A stretch of DNA of 47,652 bases from Candidatus Krumholzibacteriia bacterium (GTDB lineage: Bacteria > Krumholzibacteriota > Krumholzibacteriia > WVZY01). How positions within the stretch are numbered: position 1 is the stretch's first letter; every line of letters begins with the position of its first letter. The stretch spans positions 1 through 47,652 of the forward strand of contig JBHHVD010000010.1 of the NCBI GenBank assembly GCA_046754105.1, in the 5' to 3' direction. Below the pieces are notes generated by a model. The model was not told where the DNA came from. It saw nothing but the letters and a program-made list of their open reading frames with translations, and ran no database searches. The translations under genes and the position numbers were made by a program. This document shows positions 1 through 9,348 of this stretch, piece after piece.

Positions 1-253
1 ACCTCTCTCGCCTGTTATCCGTATAGACTGAGGCCGACCTGGACGGGAACTCGCGAAGTCCGGGGGACATAAATTCGAGGTGTAGTAGCGTGTAAGCAAA
101 AGCCGCTGGGAGAGTCTTCTTTTCGCCACGGGGGAAAGTTCCAACACCAAAGAATGAGCTTTGAAAGCTGTTGAAAACGGAATCGTCCAGACCACCCTTC
201 TCTGTCTGTATTATACCGGATGCCATTCCGGCAGCCAAGCCGTTTCCGAGCAG

Positions 254-1687
254 CTAGTACTGCTTGCGCATACGCGCCGGCAGGATGTTGAGCTGCTCTC
301 GGTACTTCGCGACGGTACGCCGCGCGATATTCAGGCCACCCGCTTTGAGCATATCCGCTATCTTTTGATCACTCAATGGATTACGCGCGTCTTCTTTTTC
401 AATGATCCGCCGGATCCTGTCCTTGGCGCTCTTGGCCGATATCTCGCTGCCGTCGGTCGTGCCGAGGCTGCTCGAGAAGAAGAACTTGAGCTCAAAAACT
501 CCGCGCGGGGTTTGCACGTACTTGTTGGTCGTCACGCGGCTAACCGTCGATTCGTGCATGTTGATTTCGCTCGCCACCTGCTGCAGTGTGAGCGGCCTGA
601 GGTAGGCGGTGCCCCTCTCGAAAAACTCGCGCTGCTTCTCGACGATGCACTCCATCACTTTGACCATCGTTCGCCGGCGTTGTTCGATCGTCTGGATCAA
701 CCACCGGGCGGACTTCAGGCGCGAATGGATAAACTCCTTGGTTTCCCGGTTGCCGTCGGTCTTGCTCTTGAGAAGCTCCTCTTGATACGCCTGGCTGATT
801 CTGAGCCTGGGGATATTCTTGTCGTTGAGGTAGATGACGTATTTCTCGTCGACCTTCTCTACGACGAGGTCCGGTATCACGTATTGGGGATCGCCGGCCA
901 TGATTTCCAATCCCGGCTTCGGGTCTAGCGTGGCGATGATCTTGCACTGGTTCTGGACTTCCTGGATGGGGATCTTCAACTTTTTGCTTATCTCGAGATA
1001 CTTCTTTTGCTTGAAATCCTTGAAATGGTCGCGGATGATGCGCGCGGCGAGCGAATCGTCCAGCGCCTGCGCGGCCAACTGGATGAGGAGGCACTCCTGC
1101 AGGTTTCGCGCCCCGACACCGGGGGGATCGAAGGTCTGGATGATCTTCAAGACGCGCTCGGCAAAGTCGACGGGAATCCCGAACGTCCCGGCTACTTCCT
1201 CGAGTTCGCAGGTCAGGTAGCCGCTCTCGTCCAGGCTGCCGATGATGTAGTCACCGATCTCGATCGTCCGATCGTCATCCGTTACGATTCTCAGCTGGCT
1301 GATCAGCTGGTCGGTGAACGATCTTTTCGCTACCGGCACCCGTTCGAAGAACTCCTCCTGGGTTTCCTCCCCCAACCCGTAGCCGATTTCGAAGCCGCTC
1401 TGGAAGTACTCCGCCCAATCGATATTGTCTCCGTCCTCCGTCCCGTTCTCCGCTGGGTCCTTGACCTCTTCCGGCTCCCGGTCCTTCTCTTTCTCCCGAT
1501 CCTCATCCTCCTGCGTTTCGAGGTAATCGTCGACTTCTTCGAGTAGGGGGTTCTCCATGATCTCCTGCTTGAGCATTTGCTGGAGCTCGATGGCCGGCAT
1601 CTGCAAAAGCTTCAGTGCCTGCTGGAGCTTGGGCGTCATTACCAGCTGCTGCTTTTGCCTCAGATGCAACCCAATCTTCATTTCCAT
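254..1687 (-). CDS. rpoN: RNA polymerase sigma-54 factor
   Basis: Gln/Leu-rich region I (QQLVMTPKLQQALKLLQM), HTH MHESTVSRVT, RpoN box ARRTVAKYRE. Confidence 0.99.
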   Translation of the reverse strand: MEMKIGLHLRQKQQLVMTPKLQQALKLLQMPAIELQQMLKQEIMENPLLEEVDDYLETQEDEDREKEKDREPEEVKDPAENGTEDGDNIDWAEYFQSGFEIGYGLGEETQEEFFERVPVAKRSFTDQLISQLRIVTDDDRTIEIGDYIIGSLDESGYLTCELEEVAGTFGIPVDFAERVLKIIQTFDPPGVGARNLQECLLIQLAAQALDDSLAARIIRDHFKDFKQKKYLEISKKLKIPIQEVQNQCKIIATLDPKPGLEIMAGDPQYVIPDLVVEKVDEKYVIYLNDKNIPRLRISQAYQEELLKSKTDGNRETKEFIHSRLKSARWLIQTIEQRRRTMVKVMECIVEKQREFFERGTAYLRPLTLQQVASEINMHESTVSRVTTNKYVQTPRGVFELKFFFSSSLGTTDGSEISAKSAKDRIRRIIEKEDARNPLSDQKIADMLKAGGLNIARRTVAKYREQLNILPARMRKQY

Positions 1688-1717
1688 GCGCGTTCCCCTC
1701 TTTGTGAATCCGCCGAT

Positions 1718-2461
1718 TTAGAGACGAAACGACTCGCCGAGATATATCTCTCTTACTTCGGAGTCTCGGGCCAGTTCGTCCGCGGTTCCAGATCTCTTGA
1801 TGCTTCCTTCGTACATGACATAAGACCGGTCGGTGATGCTCAGCGTATCCCGTACGTTATGATCCGTGATCAGGATTCCCAGCCCGCGGTTCTTGAGCTT
1901 CTGTACGATACGCTGCAGGTCGGCGACCGCGATTGGATCGATGCCGGCAAACGGCTCATCGAGCAAAATGAACCTCGGCTCCGTTACCAGCGCTCGCGTT
2001 ATCTCCACCCGCCTCCGCTCCCCACCGGAGAGCTGGTACCCCATGCTCTTTCGAATATGTGAAATATCCAGCTCATCGAGAAGCATATCGAGCTTTTCCA
2101 TTCTTTCACTCTTAGCGAGCGGCAACGTTTCCAGAATGGCCATCAGGTTTCTCTCGACCGACAGCCCCCTGAAAATCGACGGATCCTGCGGTAGATACCC
2201 GATGCCGGTCCGGGCACGTTTGTACATCGGTGCGCGGGTAATATCCTTCTCGCCCAGGAAGATCCTCCCGGTGCTGGGCCGGATCATACCCACGATCATA
2301 TAGAAAGTCGTCGTCTTGCCCGCCCCGTTCGGACCCAACAACCCCACGATTTCCCCCGTGTCGACCTGGATGCTGACTTCATCGACCACGCGACGCTTGC
2401 CGTAGACCTTCACGAGTTGCTCGGTCCTGACGTACACCCTATCACCTGCCTCGTTACTCAA
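1718..2461 (-). CDS. lptB: LPS export ABC transporter ATP-binding protein
   Basis: [38 protein letters not shown], ends YLGESFRL; directly upstream of rpoN. Start moved to a TTG overlapping the lptC stop (uncertain). Confidence 0.96.
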   Translation of the reverse strand: MSNEAGDRVYVRTEQLVKVYGKRRVVDEVSIQVDTGEIVGLLGPNGAGKTTTFYMIVGMIRPSTGRIFLGEKDITRAPMYKRARTGIGYLPQDPSIFRGLSVERNLMAILETLPLAKSERMEKLDMLLDELDISHIRKSMGYQLSGGERRRVEITRALVTEPRFILLDEPFAGIDPIAVADLQRIVQKLKNRGLGILITDHNVRDTLSITDRSYVMYEGSIKRSGTADELARDSEVREIYLGESFRL

Positions 2462-3008
2462 TCGAAGCCCCTGTGGTGTCGATGATCGTGACTTGCACAT
2501 CCCGCTTGATATCCACGAAGCTCAGATCCGGTGCGCATTCCAGGCCTACACCGGTAATGAGGTCGTTGCCACGCGTCAGCCTTACCCACGAGTTGCTCAC
2601 GATCTTGTCTTCACCGTTCTTCCATAACAAGCTGTCCGTCTCCAACACGTCGCCCTCGGTGGATTCGACGACGACGTCGCCAAACGCCAGCATGTCCTGG
2701 CTCTCTTCCGAGTATTCTCCCACTTCGGACACCAGCGTCGTCTTGAGATTACCTTCCTTGTCAAAGAACTCGATCACGGGATTCTCCAGCAAGACCAGTT
2801 TTTTCTTGCTGAAGCGGTTGGCCCGCGGCGCCTTGAGCTTCCACATCACCATGCCGCTGTCACTCTCCTGGGTGACGAAGTCGCTGAACACTTCGTCCGG
2901 CAGCTCTCTCTTCTCAAACGCGATCTCGTCCGGCGTTTCGTTGGCGCACGACACCACCAGGAATCCGAGCAGTATCGTGTAATAGAGGACTCTAGCCGGC
3001 CAGCGCAT
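2454..3008 (-). CDS. lptC: LPS export periplasmic protein LptC
   Basis: N-terminal hydrophobic stretch, then beta-rich LptC-like sequence ([21 protein letters not shown]); adjacent to lptB. Confidence 0.85.
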   Translation of the reverse strand: MRWPARVLYYTILLGFLVVSCANETPDEIAFEKRELPDEVFSDFVTQESDSGMVMWKLKAPRANRFSKKKLVLLENPVIEFFDKEGNLKTTLVSEVGEYSEESQDMLAFGDVVVESTEGDVLETDSLLWKNGEDKIVSNSWVRLTRGNDLITGVGLECAPDLSFVDIKRDVQVTIIDTTGASIE

Positions 3009-3918
3009 GACTCACGTCCGCTCCCTCCGGGTCACGCCATCTTCTGTGAAACCACACCCATTGCTTGGGATCGTACCGGATGAGGTCCTCGACCGCGCGC
3101 GAACAATGCTCCGTAATGATCTCTGCCTTGCGATCGGCGTTCTCACCCCGGGGCGGGTCCTCGATCGCCGGCAGAATGCGGATTACGTGCTTCCCGCGCT
3201 CGGTCATGTAGATCGCAATGGGCAGAATCGTCGCACCGGTCTTGAGTGCCAGCTTGGCCACGGCGACCGGCGTATGCGCCGGCCGGCTGAAGAACGGAAC
3301 ATAAACCCCGCTGACTCGTGTGTGCTGGTCGATCAGGATCGCAACGATGCCACCAGCGCGCAGGATGCGGAGGATCTGCTTGCCGCCCCCGTCGCGGTCG
3401 ATGGTTCTCAACCCCACGGATTCGCGGATGCGAACCAGCTCCCGGTTCAAACGCGGCTCCCACAACTCACGCCCCACGACGTTGACCTCGAACCCCTGGG
3501 TCGCGAAATAACCACCCATCAGCTCCCAGCAGCCGATATGGCCGGTAACGGCGATCACGCCGCCGTCAGTGTTCAACGCCTTTTCCAGGTGCTCCCGTCC
3601 TTCCACGCGCTCGACCAGCGTCGCGAGCCTCTCTCTCGTACTCCCCTTGAGATTGAGAAACTCGAACGCGTTCCTGCCCAACGTCTTGAACATCGCTCGC
3701 GTCATCGCCTGCCGCACCGTGAGCGTCATGCCAGGAAAAGCGATCTCGAGGTTGTCCACCGCCCGCTGCCGGTCGCGGCGCAGGACCAGGCCGGCGGCGG
3801 CGCCGATCGTGGAGAAAATCCTGAAGCCCGCCTCCCGCGGCAAGCTGCGCGCAAACCGTATCAAGCCGCGGGTCAGGGCGACTTCCAAATTTCTTTTAAT
3901 TTTTTTTCGTGTACGCAA
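2992..3918 (-). CDS. lpxL: Lipid A late acyltransferase (LpxL/HtrB family)
   Basis: H(X)4E motif GHIGCWE, LIDQ, VPFF, C-terminal PKQWVWFHRRW. Confidence 0.9.
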   Translation of the reverse strand: MRTRKKIKRNLEVALTRGLIRFARSLPREAGFRIFSTIGAAAGLVLRRDRQRAVDNLEIAFPGMTLTVRQAMTRAMFKTLGRNAFEFLNLKGSTRERLATLVERVEGREHLEKALNTDGGVIAVTGHIGCWELMGGYFATQGFEVNVVGRELWEPRLNRELVRIRESVGLRTIDRDGGGKQILRILRAGGIVAILIDQHTRVSGVYVPFFSRPAHTPVAVAKLALKTGATILPIAIYMTERGKHVIRILPAIEDPPRGENADRKAEIITEHCSRAVEDLIRYDPKQWVWFHRRWRDPEGADVSHALAG

Positions 3919-4022
3919 GATTTTCCCTGCAATATCGCCCGAATGGAAAGCTACCAGGCCGTGTCATGAACCGCAAAAAACCTTTACACGTATATAGTTA
4001 GCACATGAGCGGCGTGTAGTCA

Positions 4023-4038
4023 AGCAACCATTGTGCCA
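4023..4038 (-). promoter_or_regulatory. Sigma-54 -24/-12 promoter upstream of lpxL-lptC-lptB-rpoN
   Basis: Minus strand TGGCAC-AATGG-TTGCT matches TGGCAC-N5-TTGCW; intergenic and correctly oriented, ~105 bp before lpxL. Confidence 0.75.
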
Positions 4039-4127
4039 GAAATCCATCACCGGAAACGGCGGGAGGTTACAAGGTCGCATGGGAAGCCACCGGGCCTGCG
4101 AGCACGGGTGGGCGGTTCGCTGACAGG

Positions 4128-4149
4128 ACCCGCGCGGCAAAGCGCGGGT
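4128..4149. other. GC-rich inverted repeat after kdsD
   Basis: ACCCGCGC-ggcaaa-GCGCGGGT; no U-tract, so a terminator role is unproven. Confidence 0.35.
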
Positions 4150-4196
4150 GGCAGCGAGCGGGTGGCGGCGAACGGGGACAACGGCCTCCGGGGGCC

Positions 4197-5246
4197 CTAG
4201 TCTGCGCCCAGCCCCGCTCTCAGAATATCGTGGATATGGAGAATACCGGCCGGCCGGCCGGCGTCGTCTGTGATGAAATACATGGTCAGCGGACCCGGCT
4301 CGTTCATCTCCATCCGGTTCAACGCGTCGGCAGCCAGCACCTCGGCGCCGATCGTCTTCGGACTGGGCGTCATCACGTCGCCGGACAGTGCGTCCAGCGC
4401 GTCGTCGGTCCTCACCAGAATCCGCTTGAGATCACCGTCGGTGATGATCCCGCACAGCCGTCCCCCGCTGTCCTGCACGCCCACGCACCCAACCGATTTG
4501 GACATCATCTCGAACAGCGCGTCCTTCAGGGCGGTGTCGGTGCGAACCAGCGGGACCTTCTCACCGGTCCTCATCAGCTCTCCGACCTGGAGCGTCAGCC
4601 GCTTTCCCAGAATGCCGCTCGGGTGGTTACGCGCGAAATCCTCCGCGCTGAATCCACGTCGTTTCATCAGGGCACAGGCCAACGCGTCCCCCATCACGAG
4701 GGCTGCAGTCGTACTCGTCGTGGGTGCCAGATTCAGCGTGCCTGCCTCATTTTCTACTCGGCAGTCGAGAATAATGTCACTGCGACGGGCGAGATACGAA
4801 TCTGCGTTCCCGGTCATCGCGATGATCGTCACACGAAGTTTCTTCAGCGGCGTGTATAGCTGGCGGAATTCGTCACTCATCCCGCTCTTGGAGATAAAGA
4901 GCACGACGTCATCGCTGCCGACCAGTCCCAGATCGCCGTGGGTCGCCTCGACGGGATGAAGGTAGAAACTCGGCGTCCCGGTACTGGTGAAGGTCGCGGC
5001 GATCTTCTTGCCGATCAAGCCCGACTTTCCCACGCCGGAGATCATCAGCCGTCCCGTGCATCCGTAGATGGCATCAACCGCCTGGTGAAAGCTCTGATCG
5101 ATGCGCTTCTGAATCCCGCTGAGCTCCCGGATTTCGTCCGCGAACACCGTGCGGGCGATTTCCGTGTCGAGGGCGGCCTGATCAGGCGCCTTTACCCTGG
5201 CGGTGCCGGCGTGTGCCCCGGCGCGTTGTGATAGTTTCGGCTTCAT
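4197..5246 (-). CDS. kdsD: Arabinose-5-phosphate isomerase (KpsF/GutQ; SIS + 2 CBS)
   Basis: GVGKSGLIG, STGTPS, HPVEATHGDLG, APTTSTT, HPSG, GIITDGDL. Confidence 0.96.
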   Translation of the reverse strand: MKPKLSQRAGAHAGTARVKAPDQAALDTEIARTVFADEIRELSGIQKRIDQSFHQAVDAIYGCTGRLMISGVGKSGLIGKKIAATFTSTGTPSFYLHPVEATHGDLGLVGSDDVVLFISKSGMSDEFRQLYTPLKKLRVTIIAMTGNADSYLARRSDIILDCRVENEAGTLNLAPTTSTTAALVMGDALACALMKRRGFSAEDFARNHPSGILGKRLTLQVGELMRTGEKVPLVRTDTALKDALFEMMSKSVGCVGVQDSGGRLCGIITDGDLKRILVRTDDALDALSGDVMTPSPKTIGAEVLAADALNRMEMNEPGPLTMYFITDDAGRPAGILHIHDILRAGLGAD

Positions 5247-5264
5247 GTCTCCTGCCCGGGCGGG

Positions 5265-6110
5265 TCAGCGCGAGCGTGCGCCCCTCGAAGTGATCTCACG
5301 CGCTAAATCGAATATGCGCACGGTGTCCTCCAGCAGGCGTTCCAGATTCGAAAACTCCAGCATCGAGGCCCCGTCGCTCTTCGCGCGCGCCGGCTCCGGA
5401 TGCGTCTCCACAAAAAAACCGTCGCACGGCACCGCCGCAGCCGCCCGCGCCATCGTGCCGGCCAGTTCTGGCTCTCCACCGGAGCGATCTCCAAGGCCCC
5501 CCGGTCTTTGCAGACTGTGCGTCACGTCGAATATGACCGGGCACCCGAACGCTTTCATGCGCGGAAAGGACCTGAAGTCCACCAGCAGGTCCTGATACCC
5601 AAACGTCGTGCCGCGCTCGGTGAGCATTACTTTTTTCCCGCCCGCCTGCCGCACCTTTTCCGCGGCCAGTCCGGCAGCCGCGGGCGAGAGAAACTGCCCC
5701 TTTTTGACATTGACCGCACGGCCGGTTGCCGCCGCCGCTTCGAGCAGGCTGGTCTGCCGCGACATGAAGGCGGGTATCTGCAATACGTCCAGCACTTCGG
5801 CTGCACTCGCTGCCTCGGCCACGCTGTGTACGTCGGACAACACCGGGCAGCCGACAGCGGTTCTTACCTTGTCGAGAATACGCAGTCCGTCATCCAGCCC
5901 TACGCCGCGGTAGCTCCCCGCGGCACTCCTGTTGTCCTTGCTGTAACTTGCCTTGAAAACAAACTGGTACTTGCCGGTAACCGGCAGCGACGCGATCCGC
6001 TCGGCGAGCGCGACCGTTTCCGACTCGTCTTCTATAACGCACGGTCCGGCAATAAGGAGCGGCGGCCGGCCTTCCTCGACGATCAGACTTCCAATTCGAA
6101 GCGGTTCCAT
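5265..6110 (-). CDS. kdsA: KDO-8-phosphate synthase (Cys/His motifs suggest the metal-dependent type)
   Basis: IAGPCVIE, KASYSKDNRS, QIPAF, NVKKGQF, ERG, DVTHS, ETHP; alternative GTG start at 6119. Confidence 0.96.
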   Translation of the reverse strand: MEPLRIGSLIVEEGRPPLLIAGPCVIEDESETVALAERIASLPVTGKYQFVFKASYSKDNRSAAGSYRGVGLDDGLRILDKVRTAVGCPVLSDVHSVAEAASAAEVLDVLQIPAFMSRQTSLLEAAAATGRAVNVKKGQFLSPAAAGLAAEKVRQAGGKKVMLTERGTTFGYQDLLVDFRSFPRMKAFGCPVIFDVTHSLQRPGGLGDRSGGEPELAGTMARAAAAVPCDGFFVETHPEPARAKSDGASMLEFSNLERLLEDTVRIFDLAREITSRGARSR

Positions 6111-6130
6111 TGAGTTCACCGCCGCTCTGG

Positions 6131-7768
6131 CTACGAGTTGATAGCCTTGCGGTCGTCGACTTCTGTATCGCCGGCGTGCAGTTTCGCCGCGCGAACGAGA
6201 GCCTTGAACAACGGGTGTGGCCGGTTCGGCCGGCTCTTCAACTCGGGGTGAAATTGAACCGCCACAAAAAACGGATGATCTCCAATCTCGATCATCTCGA
6301 CCAGGTTGTTGTCAGGAGAGGTTCCCGAGATCACGAGGCCGTTCTTCTCGAAGGTCTCGCGGTAACGATTGTTGACCTCCCACCGGTGCCGGTGTCGCTC
6401 GGACACCTCGGCCTTCCCGTAGCACTCGTGCGCCAGCGTATCGGGACGGATCACGCACGGATATGCCCCCAGGCGCATGGTACCGCCTTTATCGCCGTCC
6501 TGGTCCTGGTCGGCCATCAAATCGATTACCGGGTTGCCACAACTGAGGTTGAACTCCGAACTATCCGCGTCCTCGATGCCACAGACGTTCTTCGCGAAAT
6601 CGATCACGGCACTTTGCAGACCCAGGCAGATGCCCAAATACGGGATTCTGTTCTCCCGCGCGAAGCGTGCTGCTTCGACTTTGCCCTGCACGCCTCTCTC
6701 CCCAAAGCCGCCGGGAACGAGCACGCCGGCGACCTCTTTCAAATGTTTCTCCGCACCGTCGTTCTCGATGTCCTCCGCGTCCACCCATTTGACAGCAACC
6801 CTGGTGTCGTTATGAATTCCCGCGTGCGTGAACGCCTCGATTATCGACTTGTACGCATCATTGAGGTGAACGTACTTCCCGCAGACGGCGATCGGCACCT
6901 CATCATCCGCATCCATCATTCTTTTGAGCAGACGCTGCCATTCGGTCAGGTCCGGCTCGGGCACTTCGAGACCCAGGAGTTGAACAACGGTCTCGTCGAG
7001 TTGCTCGCGGCCGAACTGTACCGGCACCTGGTAGATGGACGAGACGTCCCGGGCCTCGATCACCGCTTCCTCGCGTACGTTGCAAAACAGGGCCAGCTTT
7101 TGGCGGACGTCGCGGCTCAGCGGCACCTCGGTGCGACACAGCAGGATATCCGGCTGGATACCGATTTCACGGAGCTGTCGAACGCTGTTTTGGGTCGGCT
7201 TTGTCTTGAGCTCTTTCGCGGCCCGGATATACGGAATCAGGGTCAGGTGAATGAAGACGCAGTTCTCCGACCCGAGCTCGAGGCGGAGTTGGCGGGCCGC
7301 CTCGAGAAACGGCTGGCTCTCGATATCGCCCGTGGTGCCCCCGATTTCGGTTATGATAACGTCCGGGGCGCCGCCGTTGTCCGCCACCGCGCGGACTCGC
7401 GCCTTGATCTCGTCGGTAATGTGCGGAATCACCTGGACGGTTTTGCCCAGATAACCTCCCCGCCGTTCGCGCTCGATGACCGCCTGGTAGATCTGCCCGG
7501 TGGAGACGCTGTGTTTATGCGTGAGATTCGTATCGATGAATCGCTCGTAGTGGCCGAGATCCAGATCCGTTTCGGCCCCGTCTTCGGTAACAAATACCTC
7601 GCCGTGCTGAAACGGGCTCATGGTCCCCGGATCCACGTTGATATACGGATCGACTTTTTGCAGAGTGACCTCGAGGCCGCGCTGTTTGAGAAGGAGCCCG
7701 AGCGAGGCCGAGGCGATGCCCTTTCCAAGCGATGAAACCACTCCACCGGTGACAAAGATGAACTTCAA
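6131..7768 (-). CDS. pyrG: CTP synthase
   Basis: [42 protein letters not shown] start with GAGGT RBS. Confidence 0.99.
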   Translation of the reverse strand: MKFIFVTGGVVSSLGKGIASASLGLLLKQRGLEVTLQKVDPYINVDPGTMSPFQHGEVFVTEDGAETDLDLGHYERFIDTNLTHKHSVSTGQIYQAVIERERRGGYLGKTVQVIPHITDEIKARVRAVADNGGAPDVIITEIGGTTGDIESQPFLEAARQLRLELGSENCVFIHLTLIPYIRAAKELKTKPTQNSVRQLREIGIQPDILLCRTEVPLSRDVRQKLALFCNVREEAVIEARDVSSIYQVPVQFGREQLDETVVQLLGLEVPEPDLTEWQRLLKRMMDADDEVPIAVCGKYVHLNDAYKSIIEAFTHAGIHNDTRVAVKWVDAEDIENDGAEKHLKEVAGVLVPGGFGERGVQGKVEAARFARENRIPYLGICLGLQSAVIDFAKNVCGIEDADSSEFNLSCGNPVIDLMADQDQDGDKGGTMRLGAYPCVIRPDTLAHECYGKAEVSERHRHRWEVNNRYRETFEKNGLVISGTSPDNNLVEMIEIGDHPFFVAVQFHPELKSRPNRPHPLFKALVRAAKLHAGDTEVDDRKAINS

Positions 7769-7838
7769 TCTGAGTACCTCGATTCGATTGCTGTCGATAC
7801 TCCGGACGATTTGATGCCAGTCATTTGCTGGTCCCAGT

Positions 7839-8576
7839 TTAGGTAGAGGCCAGCGCTTTTTCAACAGTTTTTATGTCTTCCGGCACGTCGACACCCACGG
7901 TCCTGTAAGTTGTTTTGACCACGTGCACGACCATGCCGTTCTCGAGCGCCCGAAGCTGCTCCAGGTTCTCGGCGCGCTCAAGAGGCGTGCGGGTGTACCC
8001 TGCGAAACGAAGCAACGACGCTTTATGAAACGCATATATGCCGATGTGCCGGTGCGCCGGCGCAGACTCACCGCCACCCGCCGGCGCCGGGATCGCCGAA
8101 CGCGAAAAATACAATGCACGGCTCGACTGGTCCATAACGACTTTCACCACGTTGCAGTTCCCGATCTCGTTTGGGTCTCTTATCTCATGGCAGGCCGTGA
8201 CGATGTCGATGGTCGTGGAGTGCCGTAACGGGGCAACCATCTCTTCAACCAGTTCTGGCGGAAATGCTGGCTCGTCACCCTGAAGATTCACTATGATGTC
8301 CTCTTCCAGCTCCGTCGCGACTTCCGCCACGCGGTCGGTGCCTGTTTCGTGATCCCGGGAGGTCATCACGACCTCCCCGCCGAACCCCTTTACTACCGAC
8401 GCTATTCCATCGTGGTCGGTTGCCACGAGCACACGCGACACACCGCCGATCCGCTCCGCGCGATCGAAAACCCACTGGATCAGGGGCCGGCCGGCGAGCA
8501 ACGCCAGAGGCTTGCCCGGGAACCGCGAGGAGTGGTATCGGGCGGGCAAGACTACCGCCACACGGTGAGACGTCAT
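7839..8576 (-). CDS. kdsB: CMP-KDO synthetase
   Basis: [46 protein letters not shown]. Confidence 0.97.
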   Translation of the reverse strand: MTSHRVAVVLPARYHSSRFPGKPLALLAGRPLIQWVFDRAERIGGVSRVLVATDHDGIASVVKGFGGEVVMTSRDHETGTDRVAEVATELEEDIIVNLQGDEPAFPPELVEEMVAPLRHSTTIDIVTACHEIRDPNEIGNCNVVKVVMDQSSRALYFSRSAIPAPAGGGESAPAHRHIGIYAFHKASLLRFAGYTRTPLERAENLEQLRALENGMVVHVVKTTYRTVGVDVPEDIKTVEKALAST

Positions 8577-8681
8577 GGGCACCCCGCCGTTTGGCAGAGA
8601 TTCGTACGGTTTAAATTGGGAGGAAGAGAAAGTGGGACCGGCAACAGACAGGAGAGTGGTCGAGAATGACCTCGCGGGGGC

Positions 8682-8939
8682 TCAGACGGCCTGAGAGACG
8701 CTGACCTTTTTTTTATTCTTGCCGAATGTTTCGTACTTCACCACTCCTGCGATCTTCGCGAACAGCGTGTCATCCTTGCCGCGGCCGACGTTCGTGCCCG
8801 GATGGATCCTGGTGCCCCGCTGGCGCACGAGAATGCTGCCTGCGCTGACCGTTTCTCCCGCGTAGCATTTGACGCCGAGCCGCTTGGACTGGCTGTCGCG
8901 ACCGTTTTTGATACTGCCTTGACCCTTTTTGTGAGCCAT
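8682..8939 (-). CDS. rpmA: 50S ribosomal protein L27
   Basis: [33 protein letters not shown]. Confidence 0.99.
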   Translation of the reverse strand: MAHKKGQGSIKNGRDSQSKRLGVKCYAGETVSAGSILVRQRGTRIHPGTNVGRGKDDTLFAKIAGVVKYETFGKNKKKVSVSQAV

Positions 8940-8964
8940 CTATACCACCTTTTTCGATCCCTGA

Positions 8965-9282
8965 CTACTTGGGAAGGGCCACGATCTTCAACTCGGTGAA
9001 GTCCTGGCGGTGTCCCCGCGTCCGGCGATAGCTTTTTCTTCTCTTTTTCTTGAAGACGATGATCTTGCGGTCCCTGCCGTGCCCTACCACCTCGGCCTTG
9101 ACCTTCTTGCCGGTGACGACGGGCTGCCCCACGTGCACTTTCTTGCCGTCGCAATAGAGGAGGACCTGATCGATGTCCACCTTGCTGCCGACCTCGGCGG
9201 CCATCCTCGGTACCCGCACGCGGGCCTCGGGGGTCACCTTGCACTGCTTTCCGGACACTGTAATGATCGCGTAGCTTTCCAT
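8965..9282 (-). CDS. rplU: 50S ribosomal protein L21
   Basis: YAII..SGKQ.KV, KIIVFKKKRRK.Y..GHRQ; adjacent to rpmA. Confidence 0.97.
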   Translation of the reverse strand: MESYAIITVSGKQCKVTPEARVRVPRMAAEVGSKVDIDQVLLYCDGKKVHVGQPVVTGKKVKAEVVGHGRDRKIIVFKKKRRKSYRRTRGHRQDFTELKIVALPK

Positions 9283-9348
9283 GACGTCCTGATCCCCTTG
9301 AAAAAACGGCAAATAACCTTTCCTTAATACGAAAAAACCGCGCTCCTG

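Noticed and set aside
1..253. Region downstream of rpoN
   Set aside because: Only an RBS-like GAGAGAGGT at 1-9 (minus strand) for a gene outside the window; no supportable RNA or ORF.
4142..4156. 15-mer GCGCGGGTGGCAGCG repeated at 24870-24884, as a possible REP element
   Set aside because: Only two copies plus a local partial one, in very GC-rich sequence; compatible with chance.
6110..7735. Long antisense ORFs (also 15444-17123, 22608-23978, 30005-31441, 34696-36264, 39746-41065)
   Set aside because: They shadow well-supported genes on the opposite strand, carry no motifs, and are expected at high GC.
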